Source: Acidobacteriota bacterium
GTDB lineage: Bacteria; Acidobacteriota; UBA6911; RPQK01; JAJDTT01
Assembly (NCBI GenBank): GCA_965217775.1
Contig: CBDCJH010000002.1
Location: forward strand, 1,600,001 to 1,664,000
Direction: 5' to 3'
DNA: 64,000 nucleotides
Shown: positions 10,532 to 20,930 of the stretch, in pieces
Numbering within the stretch: position 1 is the first letter of the stretch
Layout: each line of letters starts with the position of its first letter
Program-made: the position numbers and the translations under genes
Notes under the pieces: model-generated
What the model saw: the letters and a program-made list of their open reading frames with translations, nothing else
Databases searched by the model: none
Told to the model about the DNA's origin: nothing

Positions 10532-12115
10532 TCAGTTCGGCGTCGACTCCGACCGGAAGGCGAAACTGAATAGCTGTGCATCAGTCAGATGGAATCGTAA
10601 AGAAATGGCTTTACCCTGAAGCGAGGATACATCGGATTGTCCATCAAAGGTCATCACGTGCCGGATCTCATCGCCGGAAAAGGGGTCCGATGATTCCCAG
10701 CCCCTCAGGGGACGGCCATCAGCGTCGAGCACCGCGACCGTAATTTTACCCCCTGATTTGGTCAAAGCATTGATCTCCAGGCGGCGGCCCTTGAATCTAA
10801 TCGGAATGGTCAACAACGATCCGCCCGCCTGCGGACCATCGACCGAGACGAATCGATCCAGTTTCCATTTGATTAATCCAATCGCCCCTTGCAGTTTTCT
10901 GGGTCCGTGCCCCGGGATGGTTACGATTCCGGTCTTCTTGGCGGTGCCCACCCCGTGAACCTGATTTCCACCTCGGTAGTAGAGCCAGATTTCATCCCCC
11001 AGCCGAATCGCCTCGGATGGAGTGCTTGTAATGTTCACGGAATCCCAAGCGTCCAGTTCTCCGAATTCGATCACCGGCGTTCGGAAGGGGCGTTCCCAAT
11101 GAATCAGATCACGCGAAACTGCGAGCTGTGTCTCCATCGGGCCCTGGTGATTGCGGTAGCGGGCATTGTTGTTGATCGTGAGAATCCACGGAAAGGCGAT
11201 GGTGCAACTCTCGGCCTGGTAGATCCCGACGCCGTAGAACTCGCTTCGCATCAAGCGCGGGTCGTCCGGTTCGTCCAGCAGTCCCCGTATTCTCTCAATC
11301 CTTGCCAACGCGCCCACATCATCTCTCAGGTCGTTGGTGAAAGACGGAACAGGTTCGGACCAATTCACAAAATCGTCGCTGATGATCGTGGAGAACGAGC
11401 GCCGTCTGAAACCCATGACCTTCTTGTGGATCTTTGGAAAAGCCACGAACTTGCCACGAGTTCGGTCAAAGTACGCCGATATCACGTCCCCTTCCGGAGC
11501 AATCGGTTTCTCGCTGGTGTAGGCCCAGTTCAGGCCATCCGGCGATACCATGGTTTGGTATCCCTTCGGCCTCCGGCTGTACCCCACCATCTTGTATCGC
11601 CGGCCAGGATCGGAATCCAGCAGATCCTTCATGACGCTGGCAGGATGAACTCCGGCAATAACCGCATTGTGCGGCTTGCCATTCCTGGCCTTGATGGTTC
11701 CCAGAAGCGGCTTCTCCCAGTGTATTCCGTCGCCACTCGAGGCGTAACAGATTACAGATTGATCGAAGTACGATTCGCTTCCGGACTGGAAGGAGGTGGA
11801 ATGATGGTAATTCGTGTACCACATCCTGAAGGTTTTTTCCCGAGCGTCGAAAATAACCGAGCCCGCCGCCACCAGCCAGCCCTCCCAGGGTTGGTCCGGC
11901 ACCAGCAGGGGATTTTCGTCGTGCTTCTGACCCGGGTGCTGAGTGAACCAGACTCCGTTGGTCTCACGAACCAGCAGTTTGTCCACGAACAACTGCGACC
12001 TGTCCGTCACATTGAAAGGAGATGGCGCGTCGCCGGCAGGTCTGGCCCCTGCCTCGGCCCAACCTTGTGCCCATACAGTCGAACCCGTCAGGAGCAGCAG
12101 AGACAGACAGATCAA
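10532..12115 (-). CDS. Secreted five-bladed beta-propeller glycoside hydrolase-like protein (GH32/43/130-like fold)
   Basis: QLFVD, ENPLL..DQPWE, CYASSGDGIHWEKP, SRDLIHWER; TTG start with GGGAG RBS. Confidence 0.75.
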   Translation of the reverse strand: MICLSLLLLTGSTVWAQGWAEAGARPAGDAPSPFNVTDRSQLFVDKLLVRETNGVWFTQHPGQKHDENPLLVPDQPWEGWLVAAGSVIFDAREKTFRMWYTNYHHSTSFQSGSESYFDQSVICYASSGDGIHWEKPLLGTIKARNGKPHNAVIAGVHPASVMKDLLDSDPGRRYKMVGYSRRPKGYQTMVSPDGLNWAYTSEKPIAPEGDVISAYFDRTRGKFVAFPKIHKKVMGFRRRSFSTIISDDFVNWSEPVPSFTNDLRDDVGALARIERIRGLLDEPDDPRLMRSEFYGVGIYQAESCTIAFPWILTINNNARYRNHQGPMETQLAVSRDLIHWERPFRTPVIEFGELDAWDSVNITSTPSEAIRLGDEIWLYYRGGNQVHGVGTAKKTGIVTIPGHGPRKLQGAIGLIKWKLDRFVSVDGPQAGGSLLTIPIRFKGRRLEINALTKSGGKITVAVLDADGRPLRGWESSDPFSGDEIRHVMTFDGQSDVSSLQGKAISLRFHLTDAQLFSFAFRSESTPN

Positions 12116-12119
12116 GGGT

Positions 12120-13703
12120 TCAACTCCCGAATCCAAACTGAAACGAGTACAGCTTGGCGTTGCGGATGTGGATTCGCAGTTGAACAGGCTGGCCGGCCAG
12201 GGCACTGACGTCGCTCTTGCCGCGCCAGCTCATGCGATGCCGGCCGGTGGTTCTCACCGGATCTGACTCAGCCAGGGTGAACCCGGCAATCGGTTCCAGG
12301 TCCGAATCCAATATCCCCACCTTCAGCTCGGGTTGTCCGGCTCCGGCGTTGTTCCAAGCCGCTTTCATATTGAGCGAAAGTTCGTTGCCCTCGAAGGAAA
12401 AAAAGTGGGTCACCAATTCACCGGGGAGCAGCTTGCCCGCGTCCACCGAGACGAATGCATCTTCCGCCAAGGTCGCCAGACCGGCGGCGTGAAGGGCTTC
12501 CTTCCCCTTCCTGTACAGGGCTTCCGGTCCCCTCCAGTTCCCGCCTTCATAGTAGATCCACACCTTTCCGTCATGGACGATAGGAGCCAGGACATAGACC
12601 GTCGTCTCATCGAAATCCCCATGGTCGCCCGGGCGGACGAAGGGTTCCCGGTAGTTCCTCTCGTAATGGATGCCGTCGCGGCTGACCACCAGTTCGGGGT
12701 AGTGCAAGGTGTTGGTGGTGCGAAAATTCCAAAGCATACCGATGTAGATTCCATGGTAGGTGATGGCCGGCATGTTGTAGAACTCGGTATCGGGGAAGTC
12801 CTTCTCGTCGGGGATCAGAATCGTCTGGTCCTGGCTCCACCGGATCATATCCGGGCTCTCGGCACGCCCGATCACCCTCTTCCCCAGCCGGCAGCGGCGG
12901 TGAAGGCAGCTTTCCACGTGGACCGCGTAGACCCCCCGGATCGGGTCCCAGCCCATGAAGACCGTGGGGCCCCAGCGTCCCCGGCGGGGTGAGGTGTCCA
13001 GCACCGGGTTGTTTTCATAGGGAGTCCATTCGAACCCGTCAGGCGAGTAGAACAGGTCCAGTTGCATACCGGGACCGGTGGTCGTTCCCGCCTTATGGAT
13101 CGTCTTGTAACGCTTGGCGGGATCGGTTTCGTGGTGGTCCTTGAACAGAGGGACCATATTCTCTTTCGGGAGGATGTTGTTTTCCTTGGAGTTGTTGAAC
13201 TCGGCCCGTCCCAGACTTGGCTTTTCCCAGTGCACCCCGTCACGGGAAACCGCATAACAGATCAGCCACTCATCGTCGGTCAGATCGTAGCTGTAGGGAA
13301 CCTCGACTGTGCGGCGGACGGTCCGGTCGCTCACCCAGTCGTAGGTCGTCATTTCACCGCCCTTCTTGGCGAAGTACCGCTTGGTGGTCCGGTACCACAT
13401 CCTGAAGAGGCCCTCGTCCTCGTCGTAAATCACGCGACTGGGACCGGTCAGCGCCCCCTCCCAGGGTCGATCGTTTCTCAGCACGGGGTTCTGCGGGTGC
13501 TTGTCAGCCGGATTCAGGACCTGCCGAGCGTTCTTGAGGCTTTGAATGATGTAGCTGTCGATGAACAGTTGTCTTTGGGTTCCTATCTGAAGGAGCGGCG
13601 GGGATTTACCCTCTGCTGAGACCATCGGCGCAGCCGTCCAGCATGAAGTGAGAAGAAAAACTGCGAAGAACAAACGCCGGCTCGTGTCCGGAATTTTCAT
13701 CAT
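12120..13703 (-). CDS. Secreted five-bladed beta-propeller glycoside hydrolase-like protein
   Basis: QLFID, NPVLRNDRPWE, CYAVSRDGVHWEKP; close paralog of 17937..19496. Confidence 0.8.
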   Translation of the reverse strand: MMKIPDTSRRLFFAVFLLTSCWTAAPMVSAEGKSPPLLQIGTQRQLFIDSYIIQSLKNARQVLNPADKHPQNPVLRNDRPWEGALTGPSRVIYDEDEGLFRMWYRTTKRYFAKKGGEMTTYDWVSDRTVRRTVEVPYSYDLTDDEWLICYAVSRDGVHWEKPSLGRAEFNNSKENNILPKENMVPLFKDHHETDPAKRYKTIHKAGTTTGPGMQLDLFYSPDGFEWTPYENNPVLDTSPRRGRWGPTVFMGWDPIRGVYAVHVESCLHRRCRLGKRVIGRAESPDMIRWSQDQTILIPDEKDFPDTEFYNMPAITYHGIYIGMLWNFRTTNTLHYPELVVSRDGIHYERNYREPFVRPGDHGDFDETTVYVLAPIVHDGKVWIYYEGGNWRGPEALYRKGKEALHAAGLATLAEDAFVSVDAGKLLPGELVTHFFSFEGNELSLNMKAAWNNAGAGQPELKVGILDSDLEPIAGFTLAESDPVRTTGRHRMSWRGKSDVSALAGQPVQLRIHIRNAKLYSFQFGFGS

Positions 13704-13758
13704 TTCAAAATTCCCTTTTTTTTCGAGTCTTGCTTTTGCCAACCAGGCGGACCTTCAT

Positions 13759-13916
13759 CAGTCCGTGGTGAAAGTCTCGCGAGCACCGAAACCGTTCCTG
13801 CGCCCGCCGGACAAGGCGCGATTCGGGAGCATACCGGGAGTATGTGACCGAATCGCAACGCAGTCCGCCGGGATGCAGGGACGGTCGAATGCCGTGACGA
13901 CTTTTGCCGCGGGCTG
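13759..13916 (+). mobile_element. MITE-A copy 1 (158 bp)
   Basis: Imperfect 17-bp TIRs CAGTCCGTGGTGAAAGT / ACTTTTGCCGCGGGCTG; TCAT duplicated on both sides. Confidence 0.93.
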
Positions 13917-13992
13917 TCATGCGCGACTTGCTTACTCATGCCCAAGTGGAGTCACCTTGACTTCCGCCTCAGGATGGCTCCCGCCTGCTCAC

Positions 13993-14031
13993 GATGGTGG
14001 GGTCGCATCAGCGGCACCCCCGACCCCATCA
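13993..14031 (-). terminator. Stem-loop downstream of the TonB receptor gene
   Basis: GATGGTGGGGTCG...CGACCCCATC inverted repeat about 20 bp after the stop; no clear U tract. Confidence 0.4.
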
Positions 14032-14052
14032 GGCCCGGAGGCGCCGCTTGGT

Positions 14053-17000
14053 TCAGAAGGCGTATTTGATGCCAAATTGGACCTGACGCGCGGCGGCGGC
14101 ATTCCTCACCCGACCCACGTCTCCTCTGTCGACGTTGGCGCTTGGCGCTGCAAAGTTGGCGTGGTTGAAGAAGTTGAAGAACTCGAAGCGGAGCTGGATA
14201 CGGTGGCTCTCGGCAAAGCTGAGGTTCCTGATGACCGAGAAATCCACGTTGGCGAGGCCGTCCTGGATGAGGATGTTCCGCCCGGCGTCACCCCAGGTGT
14301 AGCGCTCCGAAATGCCGAAGGCACCCGGGTTGAAGAACCGATCCACCGTCCGCTGGGATTCCGGCAGATTACCCCAATTTTCTCCCCGCAGATCCGGGCG
14401 CAAATGCGACCGTCCTCCCGTGTTGACATAGAAATTGCGGTTACTGACAAACGGGGTGTAGGGGAAACCGGTCTGAAGGGTCACGATGGTTCCCAGTTGC
14501 CACCCGTCCAGAACGTGGCGCGCGCCTCCGGACATTCCCTTGGCGAAGGGAAGTTCCCAGACCGTGTTGAAGGTGAACCGGTTGCGCACATCGTGGTCGG
14601 TCAGCGCGTGATCGGCATCGATGTCTCGGATGTTCTGGGGGTTGGACACCCAGATCCCCACCCGGTCTTGGGATTTGCTCAAGGTGTAGCCGGCGAGAAA
14701 AAAGAGACCTTCCGAGAATCGACGCTGCAATTTCACCTGCAGGGAATGGTACTTGCTGGTGGAATCGCTGAGCCAGCACTCGCAACTGGTGGCGATTTTC
14801 AGCGGCCGCCTCGACTGCACGTCACCCGGCCCGGGATCGGGACGATTGAGGTTGCGCGCCACCCACAAGTCCACCGCGCGGATCCCGACATAACCCACGT
14901 CCAGCGCCAGATCGCGGCTCAGTTCCCTTTGCAGGTTCAGACTCCATTGATAGGAGGTGGCGGAGGGCTGCATGTCCGCCACCACCGCCTTGAAATCAAG
15001 CCCGTTTGCAAGCAGGGTGTCCACGTTGATGGTGGGAACGTAGCCCATGAACGTGGTGGGTGTTGCCGCCGTGTTGTAAAACTCCCGCGTTCGAGCGAAC
15101 CAGGGAGGAGCCCATCCCACCGATCTGCCGACGGATCCGGTGGCCTGCCCGTAATAGATGCCCCCACCCAGGCGAAACACCGTCCTGTCGTTGGCGCGAA
15201 ACGCCACGCCGATTCGGGGAGCAAGGTATTTGTAATTGGGGTCGTAGAGTCGTTCGTTGGGCCGAAAACTGTGGGGAACCTTGGCCGCAAAACCGGGAAT
15301 CGAACCAGGTCCGGTCTCCAAAGGCGCACCGCGAGGATAAATCACCTGCTGATTGACGTAATCCGGATTCGCCATGGCTCGATTGTGAGCCACGGTGTGC
15401 GGAAGATTGATCTCCCAGCGGAGGCCCAGGTTCATGGTCAGCCTGGAACTCACCTGCCAGTCGTCCGCCGCGTATAAGTGGTACTGGGATTGGCGGCCCC
15501 GGAAAATGCCCAGGGGCAGACCGTTGTTGACCTGCTGCGGTGTGCCCAGGAGAAAGTCGGCGAAGGACTCGCCCCGGCTTGCCAAGCCGGTACGCGCGTC
15601 ATCGAGCGGCCCGGTAAACCCGCCGTCGAAGTTAGTCCCCACCCCTCCGGTGCTGGCCAGCAGATCGTTGATCCCCCAGTCGAACCACTGGAAGCCGAAC
15701 TTGAACAAATGATTCCCCCGGTGGATGGAAAAATTGTCGGTAGCGGTGTAGACGGTTGACGGATCGCCCCGGCGCGTACCGCCGAATCCGGCAAATCCCG
15801 TGACTCCTATGCTGGGAAATCCCTGTTGCTCGAGATCCAGAGTGGCTTCATTGGGAAAGCCCAGGTTGAAGACCTGCTCCGCGTGCTCAGGAACAGTCTT
15901 GGGAGAATTGTGCAGTCCCGAAACGTTGATCTCGTTGATGATGGTGGGCGAGAAGGTGCGGGTCCAACTCAACATCGCGTGAAAACTCTTTCGAGTGAGG
16001 TCGCTTCCGAATCCGGGAAGGGTTCCGGGCTCAAACCTCGGTCTATTCTGGTAGGAAAACCGGGCGAAGAAATCGTCCTGATCGGTCAAGCTGTGATCGA
16101 ACCGGCCAATGAACTGGTTTTCATCGTTGTTGGCACTCAGGGTACGCGTGAAATTGGGCAAGTCGGCCTGATTCGGATCCGGCCAGTACGACAGGATCTT
16201 CTGGGCGATAGGATGGACCCGGCTGCTGGGGATTCGGCCTCCTGCAAAGGCGATCCGCTGGCCTGTAGCGTCGTGGTTGAATGGATCATAGATGGCGGAA
16301 CCGGAGAAATCGCCCGCTTTCTGAGCCGCGTCCGGGACGATTGCACTGCGAATCCGCTGGTTCCGGATGCGGGTCCCATCAAAGGCGAAAAAGAAAAAGC
16401 TGCGGTCGCTCACGATGGGGCCTCCGAGCGTAGCCCCGAACTGGTTCTGGCGAAAGGGCGGCTTGCCCAGACCGGCCTTGTTGGCGAAGAAGTGCACCGC
16501 GTCGAATTTGTCATTGCGGACGAACTCAAAGAGGCTTCCATGAAACTCGTTGGTCCCCGTCTTCATGACCGCGTTGATCAAGCCTCCCATGGCTCGGCCA
16601 TATTGGGCGCCAAAGCCGGTGGTCATGATTTTGAATTCCTTGATGCTGTCCACGGAGGGTCGGGTCGCCGGCTGCAAATGGTAGAAGTCGGTGTTGTCCC
16701 CTCCGTCCAAGGTGTACCCTACGTCGAAGACCCGAGTGCCGTTGATGTTGGGTAGGGGCTCGCCATAGTTCGTTTTCCCCGACACCACGCCCACCGTCAG
16801 ATGTGCCAGTTGCAAGTAATCGCGCCCGTTGAGCGGCAGGTCCACGATCTGCCTTTCGACGATCACCTCGCCCCGCTCCTGGGTCTGGGTCTCCAGCAAG
16901 GGCGACCGGCCGGTGACCGTAACCCTCTCTGTCACCTCGCCCACCGCGAGCTTGATATCCAGACGGGCGTCCTGATCCACCTGCAAGAGGAGCTCCGTGT

Positions 17001-17331
17001 GCTCGTAGGTCATGAATCCGGGGAGCGAGGCCGTCACTGTGTAGACGCCGGGCGCCAGGTTGCGGATCAAATACAATCCCACGTCTCCACTGATCTGGCT
17101 TCTTTGTGCGTTGGTCTCCTGGTTGCGGGCCGTCACGGTGGCTCCGGGAAGGACACCACCGGTGTTATCCGTGACCAGACCGGTGATGCTCGCCTTGATG
17201 CCCTGCGCCCGCACCACTGTCAGTTCCGAATTGAGGAGGGTGAAAAAAAGGCAGATGAATGGCATCCACCTGGGAATCTGAGGTCTGGGCGCACGGGATT
17301 CTCGAACCCTGAAATGGGCTGCATTCGACAT
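14053..17331 (-). CDS. TonB-dependent receptor, Oar-like, with carboxypeptidase-regulatory-like N-terminal domain
   Basis: ITGLVTDNTGGVLPGATVT, LPLNGRDYLQL, KTGTNEFHGSLFEFVRN, C-terminal RQVQFGIKYAF. Confidence 0.93.
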   Translation of the reverse strand: MSNAAHFRVRESRAPRPQIPRWMPFICLFFTLLNSELTVVRAQGIKASITGLVTDNTGGVLPGATVTARNQETNAQRSQISGDVGLYLIRNLAPGVYTVTASLPGFMTYEHTELLLQVDQDARLDIKLAVGEVTERVTVTGRSPLLETQTQERGEVIVERQIVDLPLNGRDYLQLAHLTVGVVSGKTNYGEPLPNINGTRVFDVGYTLDGGDNTDFYHLQPATRPSVDSIKEFKIMTTGFGAQYGRAMGGLINAVMKTGTNEFHGSLFEFVRNDKFDAVHFFANKAGLGKPPFRQNQFGATLGGPIVSDRSFFFFAFDGTRIRNQRIRSAIVPDAAQKAGDFSGSAIYDPFNHDATGQRIAFAGGRIPSSRVHPIAQKILSYWPDPNQADLPNFTRTLSANNDENQFIGRFDHSLTDQDDFFARFSYQNRPRFEPGTLPGFGSDLTRKSFHAMLSWTRTFSPTIINEINVSGLHNSPKTVPEHAEQVFNLGFPNEATLDLEQQGFPSIGVTGFAGFGGTRRGDPSTVYTATDNFSIHRGNHLFKFGFQWFDWGINDLLASTGGVGTNFDGGFTGPLDDARTGLASRGESFADFLLGTPQQVNNGLPLGIFRGRQSQYHLYAADDWQVSSRLTMNLGLRWEINLPHTVAHNRAMANPDYVNQQVIYPRGAPLETGPGSIPGFAAKVPHSFRPNERLYDPNYKYLAPRIGVAFRANDRTVFRLGGGIYYGQATGSVGRSVGWAPPWFARTREFYNTAATPTTFMGYVPTINVDTLLANGLDFKAVVADMQPSATSYQWSLNLQRELSRDLALDVGYVGIRAVDLWVARNLNRPDPGPGDVQSRRPLKIATSCECWLSDSTSKYHSLQVKLQRRFSEGLFFLAGYTLSKSQDRVGIWVSNPQNIRDIDADHALTDHDVRNRFTFNTVWELPFAKGMSGGARHVLDGWQLGTIVTLQTGFPYTPFVSNRNFYVNTGGRSHLRPDLRGENWGNLPESQRTVDRFFNPGAFGISERYTWGDAGRNILIQDGLANVDFSVIRNLSFAESHRIQLRFEFFNFFNHANFAAPSANVDRGDVGRVRNAAAARQVQFGIKYAF

Positions 17332-17399
17332 GGTGGGCTCCTTCCGTAGTCGCCAGCCTTCTTTCAGACTGACTTGCCAAGTGCCGGCAGGTGCAAATG

Positions 17400-17490
17400 T
17401 CAGCAGGTGACTTGCGAAGTGTCGACAGGTGAGTTTGCAAACAGAATACCCGATTGAATCTAAATATCAAAATATAAATTTATTCCGTAG
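17400..17490 (-). promoter_or_regulatory. AT-rich putative promoter/regulatory region upstream of the TonB receptor
   Basis: AATCTAAATATCAAAATATAAATTTATT patch in a GC-rich background. Confidence 0.45.
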
Positions 17491-17716
17491 GAGGTGGACG
17501 GGAGGACCGGATACGTCACGGAAGAATTCGGATCAAGCCTGTGACTCCTCCGTTGTGCTCAGACCCTGCGGGTGACGCGACTCCCTCCGAGGCGAAGAGA
17601 GATGTTATGGGCGAACGAAAGGTTCCGGCCAAGACTGGCCGGAAGGGCCACAAACGGGCACCGGGCCACAAGACGAGGAGGTCACATTCTCACCGACCGG
17701 ACAGATCACGTGTTAA

Positions 17717-17874
17717 CAGCCCGTGGCAAAAGTCATCACGGCATTCGACCGTCCCTGCATCCCGGCGGACGGCGTTGCGATTCGGGCACATACTCCCGGT
17801 ATGCACCCGAATCGCGCCTTGTCCGGCGGGCGGAGGAACGGTCTCGGTGCTCGCGGGACTTTCACCACGGACTG
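17717..17874 (-). mobile_element. MITE-A copy 2 (158 bp)
   Basis: Reverse orientation; TTAA duplicated on both sides. Confidence 0.93.
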
Positions 17875-17936
17875 TTAAAAAACCGGTCAACGTGACGCGC
17901 TAATGACACCCCGGGCGGAGACGGCATGATCACACC

Positions 17937-19496
17937 CTACTTGAACTGGAAGGAATAGAGCTTGGCGTTCCGGATCCGGAAGCGCAGTTGAATGGGGCGG
18001 CCCGCCAGCTCGCCGAGGTCGCCTCGACCCTGCCAACTGGCTTGGTGCGTTCCCGTCCTGGTCAGGGGATCGGATTGATCCAAGGAGAAGCCGGACACGG
18101 GCTGGGCCTGATGATCCAGGATCTCCACCTTGACCTCCGCACGCCCCGCGCCATAGTTGTGACCGGCCGCTTCCAGGTTCACCGCCAGTGTCGTGCCTTC
18201 GAAGCTGAAGAGGTGGGTGAGCAGGATCCCCGGCCGGAGCTTTCCGGCGTCAATGGAAACGAAGCCGTCCTCCGGGAGTGTGGCCAGCCCGGGTGCCCGA
18301 ATCGCCGAGTCTCCGGCGAAAAAGAGCTGCTGGGGTCCCCTCCAGTTGGCACCCGTATAGTAGATCCGGACCTTGCCGTCACGCATGATCGGTGCCGAGC
18401 AGTAGATGCTCACTTCGTCGAAGCTTCCATGGTCCCCGTTACGGACCAGGGGCTCCCGGAATTCTCTCTCGTAATGCACTCCGTCGCGGCTGAAGGCCAG
18501 GGTGGGGTAGTGGAGGGTGTTGGTGGTCCGAAAGATCCAGGGCAGGGCGATATAGACTCCCTCGTAGGCGACGACGGGGAAGTTGTAGAATTCGGTATCC
18601 ACATAATCCCGTTCGTCCGGCAGCAGGATGTTCTGGGGCAGACCCCAGTTCTTCAGATCGGGGCTCTCGGCCCTTCCCACGATGCGTTTCCCCAGGGGAC
18701 AGCCACGGTGGAGGCAGTTCTCGATATGAGCCGCATACACCCTCCGGATGGGATCCCAGCCCATGTAGTGCGTGGGTCCCCAACGGCCCGGCTCCGGTGT
18801 GGTATCCATCACCGGATTCCCCGGGTCGGGCGTCCACTCGAAGCCGTCGCCGGAGTAGTACAGGTGGAGCTGCATGCCTGGGGGGTCGCTGGAGCGGGTT
18901 TGACCGATCGCCTTGTAGCGCCTCGCCGGATCCTTCTCATTGGTGTCGAAGAAGGTGGGAGCTCGGCTGTCTTCGGGCAGGATGTTGTTGGAACGGGAGC
19001 CGTTGAACTCCACCTTGCCCAGACTGGGTTTTTCCCAGTGGACTCCATCGCGGGAGGTCGCGTAGCAGAGACGGTAGGTGTAATGGCGATAGTCGCCCAC
19101 GTAGCGATAGGCCGCTTCCACCTGTTCCCGGACCGCGCCCTTGTCCGTCCATTGGTAATCGGTCAGCTCTCCGCCCCCGCGCTGGGCCTGGTATTGATCT
19201 GTGGTCCTGTACCACATCTTGAACAGGCCCTCCTCCTCGTCGTATAGAACCTTGGCGATGGGACTGAGACTGCCCTCCCAGGGGCGATCTGGCCTCACGA
19301 CAGGATTGTTGGCCGACTTGGTGGCCGGGTTGAGCACCCGTTGGGCGTCGCTGAGGCTCTGGATCATGTAGTCGTCGATGAAGAGCTGCTTGCGGTTCCC
19401 GATCTCCAGTAGGCTCGGAGGGTCCGATGCTCCGTGAAGCGTCAGGATGGTAAGCACAGATACACTGAGACTCGTTAGAGAAACCTGGCTTCTCAT
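17937..19496 (-). CDS. Secreted five-bladed beta-propeller glycoside hydrolase-like protein
   Basis: Shares WGPT..MGWDPIR, CLHR.C.LGKR..GRAESPD and FRTTNTLHYP with 12120..13703. Confidence 0.8.
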   Translation of the reverse strand: MRSQVSLTSLSVSVLTILTLHGASDPPSLLEIGNRKQLFIDDYMIQSLSDAQRVLNPATKSANNPVVRPDRPWEGSLSPIAKVLYDEEEGLFKMWYRTTDQYQAQRGGGELTDYQWTDKGAVREQVEAAYRYVGDYRHYTYRLCYATSRDGVHWEKPSLGKVEFNGSRSNNILPEDSRAPTFFDTNEKDPARRYKAIGQTRSSDPPGMQLHLYYSGDGFEWTPDPGNPVMDTTPEPGRWGPTHYMGWDPIRRVYAAHIENCLHRGCPLGKRIVGRAESPDLKNWGLPQNILLPDERDYVDTEFYNFPVVAYEGVYIALPWIFRTTNTLHYPTLAFSRDGVHYEREFREPLVRNGDHGSFDEVSIYCSAPIMRDGKVRIYYTGANWRGPQQLFFAGDSAIRAPGLATLPEDGFVSIDAGKLRPGILLTHLFSFEGTTLAVNLEAAGHNYGAGRAEVKVEILDHQAQPVSGFSLDQSDPLTRTGTHQASWQGRGDLGELAGRPIQLRFRIRNAKLYSFQFK

Positions 19497-19763
19497 TCCG
19501 TTCCTCCCTTGAAAGTCAGTACCTACAGCCTGGGAATCCAAGTGAGCCATAGGCTCTCAGGCGGCTGTTTCGTAGAGTTGATTGGAACGACTATACAACC
19601 GGCTCGATGTCCGGTCCAGGCGAGCCGGAGGAGCATCCCGTAACCGGGTGACTATACCTCTCTTCCGAGACGTACTCTTGGGCCGAGCTCAGCTGCTGAG
19701 GGTGTTACGATCACCGGTTGAGGATTGGGTGCGTGAGATTCGGAGCACTTCGGATGCTGGCTG

Positions 19764-20711
19764 TCAGTTGACATATCGGGTCTGGGTGATTGCCGAATCC
19801 CAGGAACGGCCTTCCATGACAAGGCCTTCATTTTCGGTACCTGGCTTGCCCCGAAAGGACTGTTCCATGGTTACTTCCTCTCTTCGGGTCACCGGACCGG
19901 TAGAGTAGTCGGCAGGGATCGTGATCTGCTGAGTGGCCTCCACCGTCAACTTCACCGGAATCACGCCTGGTTCCGGATGGCCGGTGGCCCGGACCGACAA
20001 GGCAAGCTCAATCTCCAGGTGGTGCACGCCCTTGATGGTCTTGACACCCAAAAGCCGGCCGGCGCCGGAGACACTCGAAGGATCGAGTCGAGGCGACATT
20101 CCACCAAACTTCCTCAGCAGTAGCCTCTTGTCGGCGAGCCAGCTTGCACCTACTTTTTGTGGTCGAGCGATCTTGAAAATCCGGTCGTCGATTTCCTTCC
20201 CGCCAGTGTCGGTGGTGACGATTCGGGGCAGACTTTCGAGGGCCAGATCTGACAGCGCTTCCCCAACCCGTTTCGCCCTGTAAACGGTCTCGTCATCCTC
20301 AGTCTGGGCGATGACCAAGGTGTCCGGCGAGCAGATCTCCTGGGGCCGACCCTTGTCCGGTGTAAGGACGTACTTGACGACCGTGATCAGGAGCTTGCTT
20401 TCTGCCCCGCGACGATTGACTTCGAGGACTTCGATCGTGCCCTCGAACTCGAAGCTTTGGATGGATTGTTCTTCCCACGCGACTTTTCCCTCTTTCTTGA
20501 CGACGCGTTCTACACTCTGTGTGCCTCTCTTGCGCACGCTCCGTCTACTTCCCACCTGGCTTGGTACAAAGGTCCGTACCCTGTAGCTTTTCTCTGAGGC
20601 ATCAGCCTGCTCTGCCGTGTGCGAGGAGAATAGGACCAGTCCCGCCAGAGCCAGAACCGGGAAGCGCCAGGTTCGCCCAATGGGCACCCCGACGGCCTTT
20701 CCACGCTTCAT
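19764..20711 (-). CDS. Hypothetical exported protein (beta-rich)
   Basis: 315-aa ORF with signal-like N-terminus and GGAG RBS; no family recognised. Confidence 0.65.
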   Translation of the reverse strand: MKRGKAVGVPIGRTWRFPVLALAGLVLFSSHTAEQADASEKSYRVRTFVPSQVGSRRSVRKRGTQSVERVVKKEGKVAWEEQSIQSFEFEGTIEVLEVNRRGAESKLLITVVKYVLTPDKGRPQEICSPDTLVIAQTEDDETVYRAKRVGEALSDLALESLPRIVTTDTGGKEIDDRIFKIARPQKVGASWLADKRLLLRKFGGMSPRLDPSSVSGAGRLLGVKTIKGVHHLEIELALSVRATGHPEPGVIPVKLTVEATQQITIPADYSTGPVTRREEVTMEQSFRGKPGTENEGLVMEGRSWDSAITQTRYVN

Positions 20712-20930
20712 CCACGGATCTCCCAGCCTGCGGATTTCCTAAACCGAACCATCAGTGTGACGAACTGTCAGTAAATCGTTCCGGAACCAGCGACAGTCGA
20801 CAGACCCGCACGCAGTACTGCTGATCGCGCCGTCGTCGGACATTCCCGGTAATGCCAATGTCTCTATTTGCGAATGGGGCAGCGCAGTCGGCGGCCACTG
20901 GTCTGAGACCGTGTTCTCCTCCGACCTTTC

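Noticed and set aside
17500-17716. Possible riboswitch or sRNA upstream of the TonB receptor (hairpin TTCCGGCCA-AGAC-TGGCCGGAA)
   Set aside because: No recognisable cobalamin, TPP or other consensus; one hairpin is not enough support
19560-19763. Intergenic region with a repeated GACTATAC
   Set aside because: Short match, compatible with chance; no supporting structure
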